64,000 nucleotides of DNA from Bugula neritina (lineage: Eukaryota; Animalia; Bryozoa): positions 31,760,628 to 31,824,627 of the forward strand of contig OZ037767.1 of NCBI GenBank assembly GCA_964035545.1, read 5' to 3'. The notes under the pieces are model-generated. The model saw only the letters and a program-made list of their open reading frames with translations, had not been told where the DNA came from and did not search any database. Shown here one piece after another: positions 28,801-40,237 of the stretch (positions are counted from its first letter, which is position 1; each line of letters opens with the position of its first letter). The translations under genes were made by a program, and so were the position numbers.

Positions 28801-31800
28801 AAGTAGATTGCTGTCAGTGTACTATATAGCAAGTAGATTGCTATCAGTGTACTATATAGCAAGTAGATTGCTATCAGTGTACTATATAGCAAGTAGATTG
28901 CTATCAGTGTACTATATAGCAGGTAGATTGCTGTCAGTGTACTATATAGCAAGTAGATTGCTGTCAGTGTACTATATAGCAAGTAGATTGCTATGGTTAC
29001 ATTACCAACTACTCTCCCTCTGGTGACAATTAAACATGCTGTACAGGTGGTTGGAGATGAGGAGATCCCTTTGACTAGATTCAGCGGCAGGTACGAGCAG
29101 GTGTTTGACAGGCAGCTATCTGCAGGTGAATACGGCTACAGCTCTCTCCTCAACCTCCTCGGAGACTTGGTTGATGTGGTGGACATGCGTAGACAGACTG
29201 CCACTGGAGACTGGATCATATGCAAAGCAACTTCTCCAGGTAGGGTGTCATACTGACTGGTGTCATATTGACTGATGTCATACTGACTGGTGTCATACTG
29301 ACTGATGTCACGCTGACTAGTGTCACGCTGACTAGTGTCATACTGACTAGTGTCATACTGACTGGTGTCATACTGACTGGTGTCATACTGACTACTGTCA
29401 TACTGACTAGTGTCATACTGACTAGTGTCATACTGACTGGTGTCACACTGACTGGTGCCACACTGACTGGTGTCACACTGACTACTGTCATACTGACTGG
29501 TGTCATGTCTGGCAGGTGCTGCAGGTGTCTCTCCTAAGCAGGGAGATGAGGATGTGAAAACTCTCCCTCAAGAACTTGTCAACATGATTCATGGAGTTGT
29601 CCGGAATAATCCTCACGGTGTTTACGTTGCCAACTTTGATAAGACATTTAAGGTACTCACTCTATCATATTTACTGTACATATTGAGATGTGATAATATA
29701 TGATCTGTAATATGTTTGATATATTATATAGTGTAATGTTATATAGTATTATATAATACCAGCTAGAAACTGGTATAGATTTGCACGCTCACACTTATGG
29801 CTATGAGAGCATAACTGCCATGCTCACCGTCTCTCTCAATAAGGAAATAGAGCTTGTCACTGCTAAGTTTGGACCAATGATACGCCTCGTACCATCTAAA
29901 GACTCGGATAACTTACTCATCGATCTGTCAGTTTCAAGTTCGGTCAGTTATTTACTAATGTAATATAATATAGTACAATATATTACTATATCATATTGTG
30001 TAGTGTATTAATATAATAAACTGAATACTATATTATAACATTATTTCCCCTTCAGACTGAAAAAGACTCAGTGTTGCACGATGCAGTTGGACCTGGTGTT
30101 GGTTACAACAAGCCCGCCATGCCGCCCCTCGATAAATACATCGAGATGATAGTGAGCCAAGTCTACACTCCTTCAGACTTCTTTGTGCAGGTCCTGGGTA
30201 CCTTGAACACTGGCAAACGCCTGGAGGAGTTGATGGACAATCTAGAGTAAGTGTAGAGTAAGTGTAGAGTAAGTGTAGAGTAAGTGTAGAATATGTAGAG
30301 TAAGTGTAGAATATGTAGAGTAAGTGTAGAATATGTAGAGTAAGTGTAGAATATGTAGAGTAAGTGTAGAATATGTAGAGTAAGTGTAGAATATGTAGAG
30401 TAAGTGTAGAGTATGTAGAGTATGTGTAGAGTATGTAGAGTAAGTGTAGAATATGTAGAGTATGTGTAGAGTAAGTGTAGAATATGTAGAGTATGTAGAG
30501 TAAGTGTAGAATATGTAGAGTATGTGTAGAGTATGTGTAGAATATGTAGAGTATGTGTAGAGTATGTAGAGTAAGTGTAGAATATGTAGAGTATGTGTAG
30601 AATATGTAGAGTAAGTGTAGAGTATGTAGAGTATGTGTAGAGTATGTAGAGTAAGTGTAGAGTATGTGTAGAGTAAGTGTAGAATATGTAGAGTAAGTGT
30701 AGAATATGTAGAGTAAGTGTAGAATATGTAGAGTAAGTGTAGAGTATGTAGAGTAAGTGTAGAATATGCAGAGTAAGTGTAGAATATGTAGAGTATGTGT
30801 AGAATATGTAGAGTATGTGTAGAGTAAGTGTAGAATATGTAGAGTAAGTGTAGAATATGTAGAGTAAGTATAGAATATGCAGAGTAAGTGTAGAATATGT
30901 AGAGTAAGTGTAGAATATGTAGAGTAAGTGTAGAATATGTAGAGTAAGTGTAGAGTATGTAGAGTAAGTGTAGAATATGCAGAGTAAGTGTAGAATATGT
31001 AGAGTATGTGTAGAATATGTAGAGTATGTGTAGAGTAAGTGTAGAATATGTAGAGTAAGTGTAGAATATGTAGAGTAAGTGTAGAGTATGTGTAGAGTAA
31101 GTGTAGAATATGTAGAGTAAGTGTAGAATATGTAGAGTAAGTGTAGAATATGTAGAGTAAGTGTAGAGTATGTAGAGTAAGTGTAGAATATGCAGAGTAA
31201 GTGTAGAATATGTAGAGTATGTGTAGAATATGTAGAGTATGTGTAGAGTAAGTGTAGAATATGTAGAGTAAGTGTAGAGTATGTAGAGTATGTGTAGAGT
31301 AAGTGTAGAATATGTAGAGTAAGTGTAGAATATGTAGAGTAAGTGTAGAGTATGTAGAGTAAGTGTAGAATATGTAGAGTAAGTATAGAATATGCAGAGT
31401 AAGTGTAGAATATGTAGAGTAAGTGTAGAATATGTAGAGTAAGTGTAGAGTATGTAGAGTAAGTGTAGAATATGTAGAGTATGTGTAGAGTAAGTGTAGA
31501 ATATGTAGAGTAAGTGTAGAATATGTAGAGTAAGTGTAGAATATGCAGAGTAAGTGTAGAATATGTAGAGTAAGTGTAGAATATGTAGAGTAAGTGTAGA
31601 GTATGTAGAGTAAGTGTTTGTTCTGTAGAGAATTCTACGACGTAAAAGAACTCAGTGGCACCTACCTCCTTCCCAAAGCGTTTGCCCTCCCTGGACAGGT
31701 GGCTGTCTGTCGGTTCCCTAACGACCAGCATTGGCACAGAGCCAGAATTACGAGAGTTATAGATGACAACTTTGTGCAGGTGCTGTTTGTAGATTATGGG

Positions 31801-34800
31801 ACTTCGTGTGCGGTGCTCAAGTCACAGCTATTTTTCTTGGCGTAAGTTTTCTCTAGTTGTACATGCCGCTAGTGAAACATTGTATATTACACTGCGCAGT
31901 TACATTAGGTATTATGTTGTCTTACAAATACTCTATTATATAATTGTACGCAGTCAATGTGGTAATACATACAGTATCTGTAGTAATACATACAGTATCT
32001 GTAGTAACACATGTGTCACTGTAATAACACATACAGTATCTGTAGTAACACATACAGTATCTGTAGTAACACATGTAGTCACTGTAGTAACACATAGAGT
32101 ATATGTGGTAACACATGTAGTCACTGTAGTAACACATAGAGTATATGTAGTAACACATACATTATCTGTAGTAACACATGTAGTCACTGTAGTAACACAC
32201 GTAGTTACTGTAGTATGTAACATTGTTATAGGCAGAGGTTTCTTGTATTGCCATGTCAAGCTCAGTCGGCCACCCTGTTTGGAGTGTCTCCAGCTGATGG
32301 AGATAACTGGCATGTACACGCCACTAAAACCTTCTTCAATGTCACCACAGCAAAGCGGCTCTGTGGTATAGTTATGGAAGTAGATAAGGTGAGACCAGTG
32401 GAGGTACATGTTTCATATGCTGCCTGCTGTCAGCATGACATCATCGGTATGTGCCATTGTCTAATGCAGTGCTCGTCTTTGCAGGCTCAAAAGTTGGCCG
32501 TGTGTTTGACGGATACTAACGGCCCAGTAGATCTGCACATCAATGACTATCTCGTGTCCAGCAACTTTGCCAAGTTCTGTGACGAAACTAAGCAGCTTTT
32601 ACCTGCAGAATATAATAAGGAGGAGTTATCAGATTTGGAGTTGTCTAGTGATGATAGTGAAGATGACGATGAAAGGCCAGCGTCTGCTACAAATGTCTAT
32701 AAAGAAGGGCCTCTCTCACTACCCTCCAATATTCATATGGATATGCCCCCTCTAGAACATGTTCCAGGACTACCCTCCCATGTTCCTAGGGGTATGCCCC
32801 CTCTAGAACATGTTCCAGGACTACCCTCAAATGTTCCTAGGGATATGCCCCCTCTAGAACAAGTTCTAGGTATACCCTCCAATGCTCCTAGAGATATGCC
32901 CCCTCTTGAACGTGTTTCGGGACTACCGTCCAATGCTCCTAGGGATATGCCCCCTCTAGAACATGTTCCAGGACTACCCTCAAATGTTCCTAGGGATATG
33001 CCCCCTCTAGAACATGTTCCAGGTCTACCCTCCAATGCTCCTAGGGATATGCCCCCTCTAGAACATGTTCCAGGACTACCCTCCAATGCTCCTAGGGGTA
33101 TGCCCCCTCTAGAACATGTTCCAGGTCTACCCTCCAATGTTCATAGGGATATGCCCCCTCTTGAATGTGTGCTTACAGATTCGAGACCCCCAACTGCTGG
33201 TGACACTAAATCAGCTGCTTTTATAGACAATCCGCCTCCTGAAGTTGTCCAGAGAATTTTCAAGTCTCCACATAAATTAACTAAAGGTACATTTTTTTGT
33301 TACTGTGTCTACTCTGTATACTCACTACTCTGTATACTCACTACTCTGTATACTCACTACTCTGTATACTCACTAGTCACTACTCTGTATACTCACTAGC
33401 CACTACTCTGTATACTCACTAGTCACTACTCTGTGTACTCACTACTCTGTACACTACTCTGTGTACTCACTAGTCACTACTCTGTATACTCGCTAGTCAC
33501 TACTCTGTATACTCTACTCTGTACTCTACTCTGTGTACTCACTACTCTGTGTACTCACTACTCTGTATACTCACTACTCTGTACTCACTACTCTGTATAC
33601 TCACTGGTCACTACTCTGTGTACTCACTACTCTGTGTACTCACTAGTCACTACTCTGTACTCACTACTCTGTATACTCACTAGTCACTACTCTGTACTCA
33701 CTACTCTGTATACTCACTAGTCACTACTCTGTACTCACTACTCTGTGTACTCTACTGGTTGTTTTACAGTTCAGCCACAGCAGATTCGTACCAAAAGCAG
33801 TTTCCCTCAAGATGCCAGAATGATGCCACACAACGTTCCCCTCTTTAACCTACAACCCTACATGGTAGACACATATCTCTATAACCTACATGGTAGACAC
33901 ATAACTCTATAACCTACATGGTAGACACATATCTCTATAACCTACATGGTAGACACATAACTATAACCTACATGGTAGACACATATCTCTATAACCTACA
34001 TGGTAGACTCATAACTCTATAACCTACATGGTAGACACATATCTCTATAACCTACATGGTAGACACATATCTCTATAACCTACATGGTAGACTCATATCT
34101 CTATAACCTACATAGTAGACACATATCTCTATAACCTACATGGTAGACTCATAACTCTATAACCATTGTGTTGCAGAACGCACAACATCCTGTTCCGATA
34201 CCCAATCACCCGTATGTTCTGCCACAAGCTCCGCCTCCTTCTGCTTATCAAGGACCACCTGTGTAAGTTACCCCACCCGTTGCATTTCTCAGTATTACAA
34301 TGTCACTATCTGCTGCTGAATTCTAACACATGTTTCTATGATTCTCTTTCAGCTTCTACTACGGCCCGCAGCAGTATCCAGCCCTGCTACCCACCCCTCT
34401 CCACACTCATTACCCCCTTCAACCAGGCTCTACGTATTACGGGCACCACCCTTACTACCCACAACAAGTCAACTACAGGAGCTCACAGTCTTTCTCTGCA
34501 CCTCCACCTCTAGAGTCTGTGGACACAGCAACGTTACCACCACAAGAGTCTGTAGATACAGCAACGTTACCACCTCTAGAGTCTGTAGATACAGCAACAT
34601 TACCACCACAAGAGTCTGTAGATACAGCAACGTTACCACCTCTAGAGTCTGTAGATACAGCAACATTACCACCTCTCGAGTCTGTGGACACAGCAACGTT
34701 ACCACCTCCAGAGCCGCGGGTCCTTCCCATGAGCTCTGTGTCTGGTGCTGAGGCTACAGCTAGTGGGCAGCATACTGAAGGCAGAAGACGAGGGGTCAGA

Positions 34801-35801
34801 ATGGGCGAGGGCCAACAGAGACGGAAGTGGAAAGGTGCTAGAAGATGGCCTGTTCGTAGAGGCGGGGGCAATGGGTGTCCCCCCGAAGAGTTTGCTGAGG
34901 CCCTTAGATTCAAGTTGAACGGTCTTAAACTTAAACAGTAAGTACCCACTAATTGTAAGAGTAAGTACTGTATATACATACTGAGTATTAGAGTGAGTAC
35001 TGAGTATTAGAGTGAGTACTGAGTATTAGAGCAAGTACTGAGTATTAGAGTAAGTACTGAGTATTAGAGTAAGTACTGAGTATTAGAGTAAGTACTGAGT
35101 ATTAGAGTAAGTACTGAGTATTAGAGCAAGTACTGAGTATTAGAGTAAGTACTGAGTATTAGAGTAAGTACTGAGTATTAGAGTAAGTACTGAGTACTAG
35201 AGTAAGTACTGAGTATTAGAGTGAGTACTGAGTATTAGAGTGAGTACTGAGTATTAGAGTGAGTACTGAGTATTAGAGTGAGTACTGAGTATTTACTGTA
35301 TTTATGCAGGAAGAGACTAATGAGAGAAAAGTCGCACCAATCTGCTGCAGATTATTCCGGGGCCGAGAGTTCAGATTCGGAGTTGTCTCATGTTGAAAAA
35401 GAAATTGAAAACTGTTCCACAAAGCTCTCAGGGGTAGTTTATCAGTTTGCTATTCTGTTCCATGCAATGAGTTCATAAGAAACCAGAAAGTTCCTTAGTA
35501 ACAACTTCTACATCTTTGAATACAAGTGCTTTGTGGGCTAAATACTGAATGTCAATACAATGCCGTAATCAATATGGAGAGTGAGCGATTGATAGTTTAT
35601 CCCCCACTCTCTATCCCCCACTCTCTACCCTACTCTCCATCCCCTAGTCTCTACCCCTAGTCTCTACCCCTAGAGTTTAATAACCTGTGTAATGTGTTCC
35701 TGTAGATGACTGGACTTGATGGAACACAGTCTAAACAGATGCCTAAGATGGGCCGGGGTCGAGGCCTCCTTCAATTACTCGGTTTATCATCAATAGACTA
35801 A
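25873..35801 (+). CDS. TDRD5: LOTUS (OST-HTH) and Tudor domain protein, TDRD5/Tejas-like piRNA-pathway factor
   Basis: Spliced frame: LTKEVRAILDSTPQ..IEQDYRNLCGKSL..LGFKDTDSFL..SHIQDLVKKQ (extended LOTUS); three further LOTUS-like units (YHSRYGSSLNYRTFGFLSL; YEQVFDRQLSAGEYGYSSLLNLL; FKLETGIDLHAHTYGYESITAML); extended Tudor VSQVYTPSDFFVQ..PGQVAVCRFPNDQHWHRARI..VLFVDYG..LPCQA; Pro/Tyr-rich tail; last exon 35706-35801. A single Tudor fits TDRD5 better than TDRD7. Confidence 0.8.
25975..26815. repeat. Compound intronic minisatellite built from GATGTACTAT(A/C)T units
   Basis: Read directly; fills the first coding intron of the Tudor gene. Confidence 0.93.
26969..27200 (+). repeat. 30-bp intronic repeat copying the exon end plus donor, 8 donors
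   Basis: TATAGTGCAGGG|GTAAGT at 30-bp spacing from 26981 to 27191. Confidence 0.96.
27703..27945. repeat. 34-bp intronic minisatellite
   Basis: Unit GTGACTGACACAACATCTAACTGACTGGGTATCT. Confidence 0.92.
28075..28657. repeat. 45-bp intronic minisatellite
   Basis: CTCTACACTC recurs every 45 bp. Confidence 0.93.
28745..28994. repeat. 30-bp intronic minisatellite
   Basis: Unit GATTGCTATCAGTGTACTATATAGCAAGTA. Confidence 0.93.
29245..29506. repeat. 15-bp intronic minisatellite
   Basis: Unit GTGTCATACTGACT(A/G). Confidence 0.93.
30243..31617 (+). repeat. 20-bp-based minisatellite making up essentially the whole intron inside the Tudor region
   Basis: Unit GTAGAGTAAGTGTAGAATAT; starts at the exon end CTAGA|GTAAGT. 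Confidence 0.96.
32738..33168 (+). repeat. Coding 51-bp repeat (17 aa, DMPPLEHVPGLPSNAPR), about 8.5 copies
   Basis: In frame within ORF 32248-33399, downstream of the Tudor domain. Confidence 0.92.
33305..33755. repeat. Compound intronic minisatellite (CACTACTCTGT(A/G)TACT units)
   Basis: Read directly. Confidence 0.9.
33857..34164 (+). repeat. 28-bp intronic minisatellite copying the exon end plus donor
   Basis: Unit CCTACATG|GTAGACACATATCTCTATAA; the true exon ends CCCTACATG at 33864. Confidence 0.93.
34504..34712 (+). repeat. Coding 33-bp repeat (11 aa, DTATLPP(L/Q)ESV), about 6 copies
   Basis: In frame with the upstream spliced exon (FYYGPQQYP..SAPPPLESV). Confidence 0.88.
34960..35292 (+). 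repeat. 19-bp intronic minisatellite carrying GT(A/G)AGT in most units
   Basis: Unit GAGT(A/G)AGTACTGAGTATTA. Confidence 0.93.
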
Positions 35802-37024
35802 CTCCTGTGTCAACCTCTGAACCTTCTCCATCAACACTGTTTAATATTGCTGGCCGCTGGTTTAGCCAGTCTATATTTCTAATAGTAATAGATTATTTGC
35901 TCATGTGTCTTCCGTACTAGTTAGTATATTTACTCAGCGGGTTATTTTTACCAAGTGCATAAAAACTGTATAGAAAAATGTATAAAAGCTGTATAGATAG
36001 AATGCCATTATTCTGAGATACATTATGCCTTTATTTGTTTTAAAACAACTGGCAGTTGAGTTATGGGTTACTTCAGCTGTATACTTTGTACAAACAAATG
36101 GTAATCTTCATCACTGCAGTAGAACACTTCATTTGTGGTCTTAATTTATTTTTCTATAAAGTTTATTTTCACCGAATAAATTTTCTTTAGATTTTTTTGA
36201 ATCTGTAACGTATTTTAAAATTAGTTAAGCAAGCTGAACGTTGAGACTGTGTTGGAATATAGGCTATCACCTATGAACTTAAGAATAGTTCTCGCTATTA
36301 TGTTATACTCCAGTACCTTCAAATTCGCTTGAAATAATTTCAATTACATAATAATAATATACATTTTTTATCAACAATGTAATTTAATGAAAGCACAAAG
36401 GTACCTCACTTGAATGAAATGAAGAAAGATGAAACAAATAAAGGAGCAAAATATTTGCAATACAAACCAAGCAGTTTGGTCTTTTTGGCAGGCATGTTAG
36501 TGGTTATTTATTGCCGATATAAATGCCAAAATTCAACAGCCATGTAAACGGTCCAGTTTTCTGAATGGCAATAGTTGTTTGTCAGGAGACATGTTCATGT
36601 TTGAAAGCGATGTCCGTCCATTTGTTCGAGTATGCACGGCTGATAATAACAATAATGAGAGGATAACTCTACAGTAGTACAGACATTACGATTTTACGAT
36701 CGTGATTTACGCAACATGTTATTATTGTATGCACTGAGCTGGAATAATTATTGAGTTCATTGATTGTATGTATCATTAAATAAGTAGACAGCAGGCAAAC
36801 ATTTAAATAGGTGATCGTACAGGAGTTTCTCGTGCAGTTTTTAATTTTATATTAGCTTGTGAACCCATTTTGACAATTATTATGTGATACATTCTGGTCA
36901 GACGGTGAAATAACTCGGTATTACAGGCTAAAGCAAGTACCGGTTGCCATCTTTTTAGTAAAGTCAATTATATACTCGTATTATTATTACCCATTTAGTG
37001 TCTGCTGTGGTCCAAGGAATAGCC

Positions 37025-38745
37025 ATGGCTGCATTACGGGTTCTACAAGCTTCTAAACATTCTAATGTTTCTAAGATTGTGTCACGTTCTTGCTCAACGC
37101 TTGCTCCAACTGCCCCACTGCCACTACCCCCAGCAGAACAAGAATTCAGAGACAAGTTTTTGTCTAGGTATTCAACTTAAATTTGATTTTGAATTTCATA
37201 TTCATATTGGCTATTGCTGATTTGAATTTTACACTTACAGATACAGTAAATAGTTGACTTTAATACTGATAGTTGTAGTATTGTATATTACTATATATAT
37301 TACTATTAGTGTTGGTGAAGCCAAAACACTAGCACTGCTAGTACTAGTAGTAGTAGGCGTAGCAGTAGTTACGAATTACTTTCTACGATCGTGATACTGA
37401 TACTCATACTCATACTGATTGAGTGATAGTGATGGTAAAACTAATTGATCAGGGATACTGATACTGATAGTTATACAGATTAAAATGACATTAAGTTCAA
37501 CAGTGAAACTGGATCAAAATCAAAATGTGATGACTAATAAGTAATAGGTGATAAGAGTAACTTTAAGTGATCTGATAAGTACAACCATGCCCATTGTCAT
37601 CGCGATTGAATTTTATTTTGAATATCATAGTCATAATGATTATTACGATGATGGTGACCTAAAATTAAAGTCAAAAGCTGAAGCTAGAGGATCAAAATTA
37701 AAGGCAAAGTGAAAATAAAATTAAAAGCCGAAATTTAGATTGATCCTGATCTTCATCTTTTATTAATATTCGAAGGCACATCTTAAAATTAAGGATAAGA
37801 CTGAGGTCTAACAATTAAAAATATAATAAAATTTTAATCATTAGTGTGATATCATATTGACTTTTATACTAATATTGATCATGATTACCGTTAGGAGTAT
37901 AATTATGTTGACAATTTCACGATTATATTTGTAATAACGGACCCATGGCTATTACTATAGATTACAATCATTGTCATGATGATTATGACTTAGTCTTATA
38001 ATTTATAAATAATCGTGAAACTCAATACAATATTTGGAGTAAGCCCGCATCATTTGCTGTTCTCTTGTAGAATTGGGAATAGAGACATCGTAGGGTTCGG
38101 GCGAAATGGAACATACAACTATATGGATGACATCATGTTTCCTTATCCTGCCATCAGGTATTATAAGAGTTATCCTATTTCTGTGTTTCAACTTGTGCCC
38201 TCTGTGTGGAGGTTTTTAATACTAAGTCAACTGGTGCTGTAGATGGGAGCAGAATACAGCTGCTTCAGAAGCTCTTGTGCAGAAAGCTCGAGGTGACTGG
38301 AAAAATCTCTCCCTAGAAGAGAAAAAGAGTCTCTATAGACACAGGTATGTGTGTTAGTATATAAAGTATATAGTATATAGTAGTATATATAGTTAGTATA
38401 TACAGTACTATATGTTAGTATATACAGTACTATATGTTAGTATATACAGTACTGTGTGTTAGTATATACAGGATATTATTGTAGTTTCTGCCAGACGTTT
38501 GCTGAGATGAAAGCGCCCACCTCTGAGTGGAAGATTGTCTGGACTATCGTGCTGCTGACGCTGACAGCGTCCTGCTGGGTTTATGTATTCATGAGGAACA
38601 ACGTGTTTGACGCTATGTTACCAAAGACCATCACTAGAGAGCATGTCACAGCTACAGTCAGTATTTCTCTGTATATACTGTGTATTATACTGTATATACT
38701 CTGTATGTTATATACTGTGTATATTATATATATTATATACTATGT

Positions 38746-38794
<49 letters not shown>

Positions 38795-38904
38795 ATATAT
38801 TTTATATGCTGTTGCAGACTGCCAAGATGATAAAACAGAGGCAAGGAATTGTCCATGGTGTTGGCAGTAAATACGATTATGAAAATCAGAGATGGAAAGA
38901 CTAA
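37025..38904 (+). CDS. COX4: Cytochrome c oxidase subunit 4, mitochondrial, 5 exons
   Basis: Transit-peptide-like N-terminus, then RIGNRDIVGFGRNG..YMDDIMFPYPAIR, KARGDWKNLSLEEKKSLYRHSFCQTFAEMKAPTSEWK, a TM helix, LPKTIT, GVGSKYDYENQRWK. Exons about 37025-37167, 38071-38157, 38243-38345, 38485-38656, 38818-38904. Confidence 0.95.
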
Positions 38905-40237
38905 ACATTTCTCTACACTACTTCACACCATATTCTTAGTACAATATCTAAGAGTTATTCTCTCCTGCTCTCAAGTCTGCTTACTTTCATAGACTCCATA
39001 AATCTGGTTTACATGAAGTGTCTGAAGTTTAGGATAATATATTGCAGTCTGTGTTATGTTGATGGAATGTTGTAATAAATATATTTATAGTATAAAGTCT
39101 TTTTAAATTCTTATCAATTTTAAAGAAAATAGTATCTAATGATCCCAGGTCACTATGCTATAACAACATGCATTGTAGACATGTGGTGTAAATTCTATGG
39201 TGCTTGGGAGTTTTATCAGTCCATATTGATAGTTAGAAAGGAGTTTTATCAGTTTATAATGATAGTTAGAAAGGAGTTTTTTCAGTCTACATAATATATA
39301 ATGAAATTTATTAACAGCACACATGGTTTTGTAGCTCTATGTCGAAAAAGCATGTCACAAAGTTTAACATGAGTTTTAGCAGTTGGAAGCTGGCAAACCT
39401 TAGACTGTCTCCCACTAGGTAATAAAAGGTCTAAATTTTCAAAGATATACGAACTTCTACTGATCCAGCTGTACTGCTAAGTTTACCAGAGTTTTAGACA
39501 GAAACTAAAATTTGAATGTCTATTTAAAACCAGCCATTGTTATTGCAAGGTTCAATAAATCTTGCTGGTGATGAGTTGTAAATAGACACTCATAACAGTT
39601 CAGAAGTGCAGGCCTGTGCCCTAATTTCTGCCCTTCAGGTGTGGATTTATTGGCTACATTACGTGCACAGAATTATATTTTAATCAAAGTGACATGTTTA
39701 TGCTGAACTTGCACGCTCAAAAATAATCCACACTAATGGTATTAAACTATTCTCACGTGCGATACAGTTGCGGAATGGTAAAACTTGTTTTCTCATTGGC
39801 TGCTTGAAGTTTAACCGGTCATTATACGGAAACTGTCTAGCTATCGGATTGAATTGCACCTTTCAGGGGGGACAAAAGCGTAGTCTAATAGTTTAAAATA
39901 AATACATTTGTTGCAAATTAAATCTTTACAATTTGTTTATAAGCTTACTGACAAATCAGTTTTTACATTTTTAAATTATCTCAAATAACAATTAATAACT
40001 CGCCCACTAGTTTTGAAGATTCTTCCTAATTTGAATGCAACCCCTAAATGTTTCTGGATCCGTTACTAAAAATTCGGGCTTTATTCAATGGAAAATTCCA
40101 CGATAATCTAGCCAGGGCAGCTATTACAAAACGACGTGTAGATTAATGGTAGATAATATAAACAAGCCGGAGAACGCTTCAGTGGTGCTTGTTAGTTGTA
40201 ACAATTCATTCAGACTGGTTTTGTTAACGGTAAGAGG

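Noticed and set aside
30163-31737. 524-aa minus-strand ORF
   Set aside because: Antisense translation of the 20-bp intronic array; no domain-like content.
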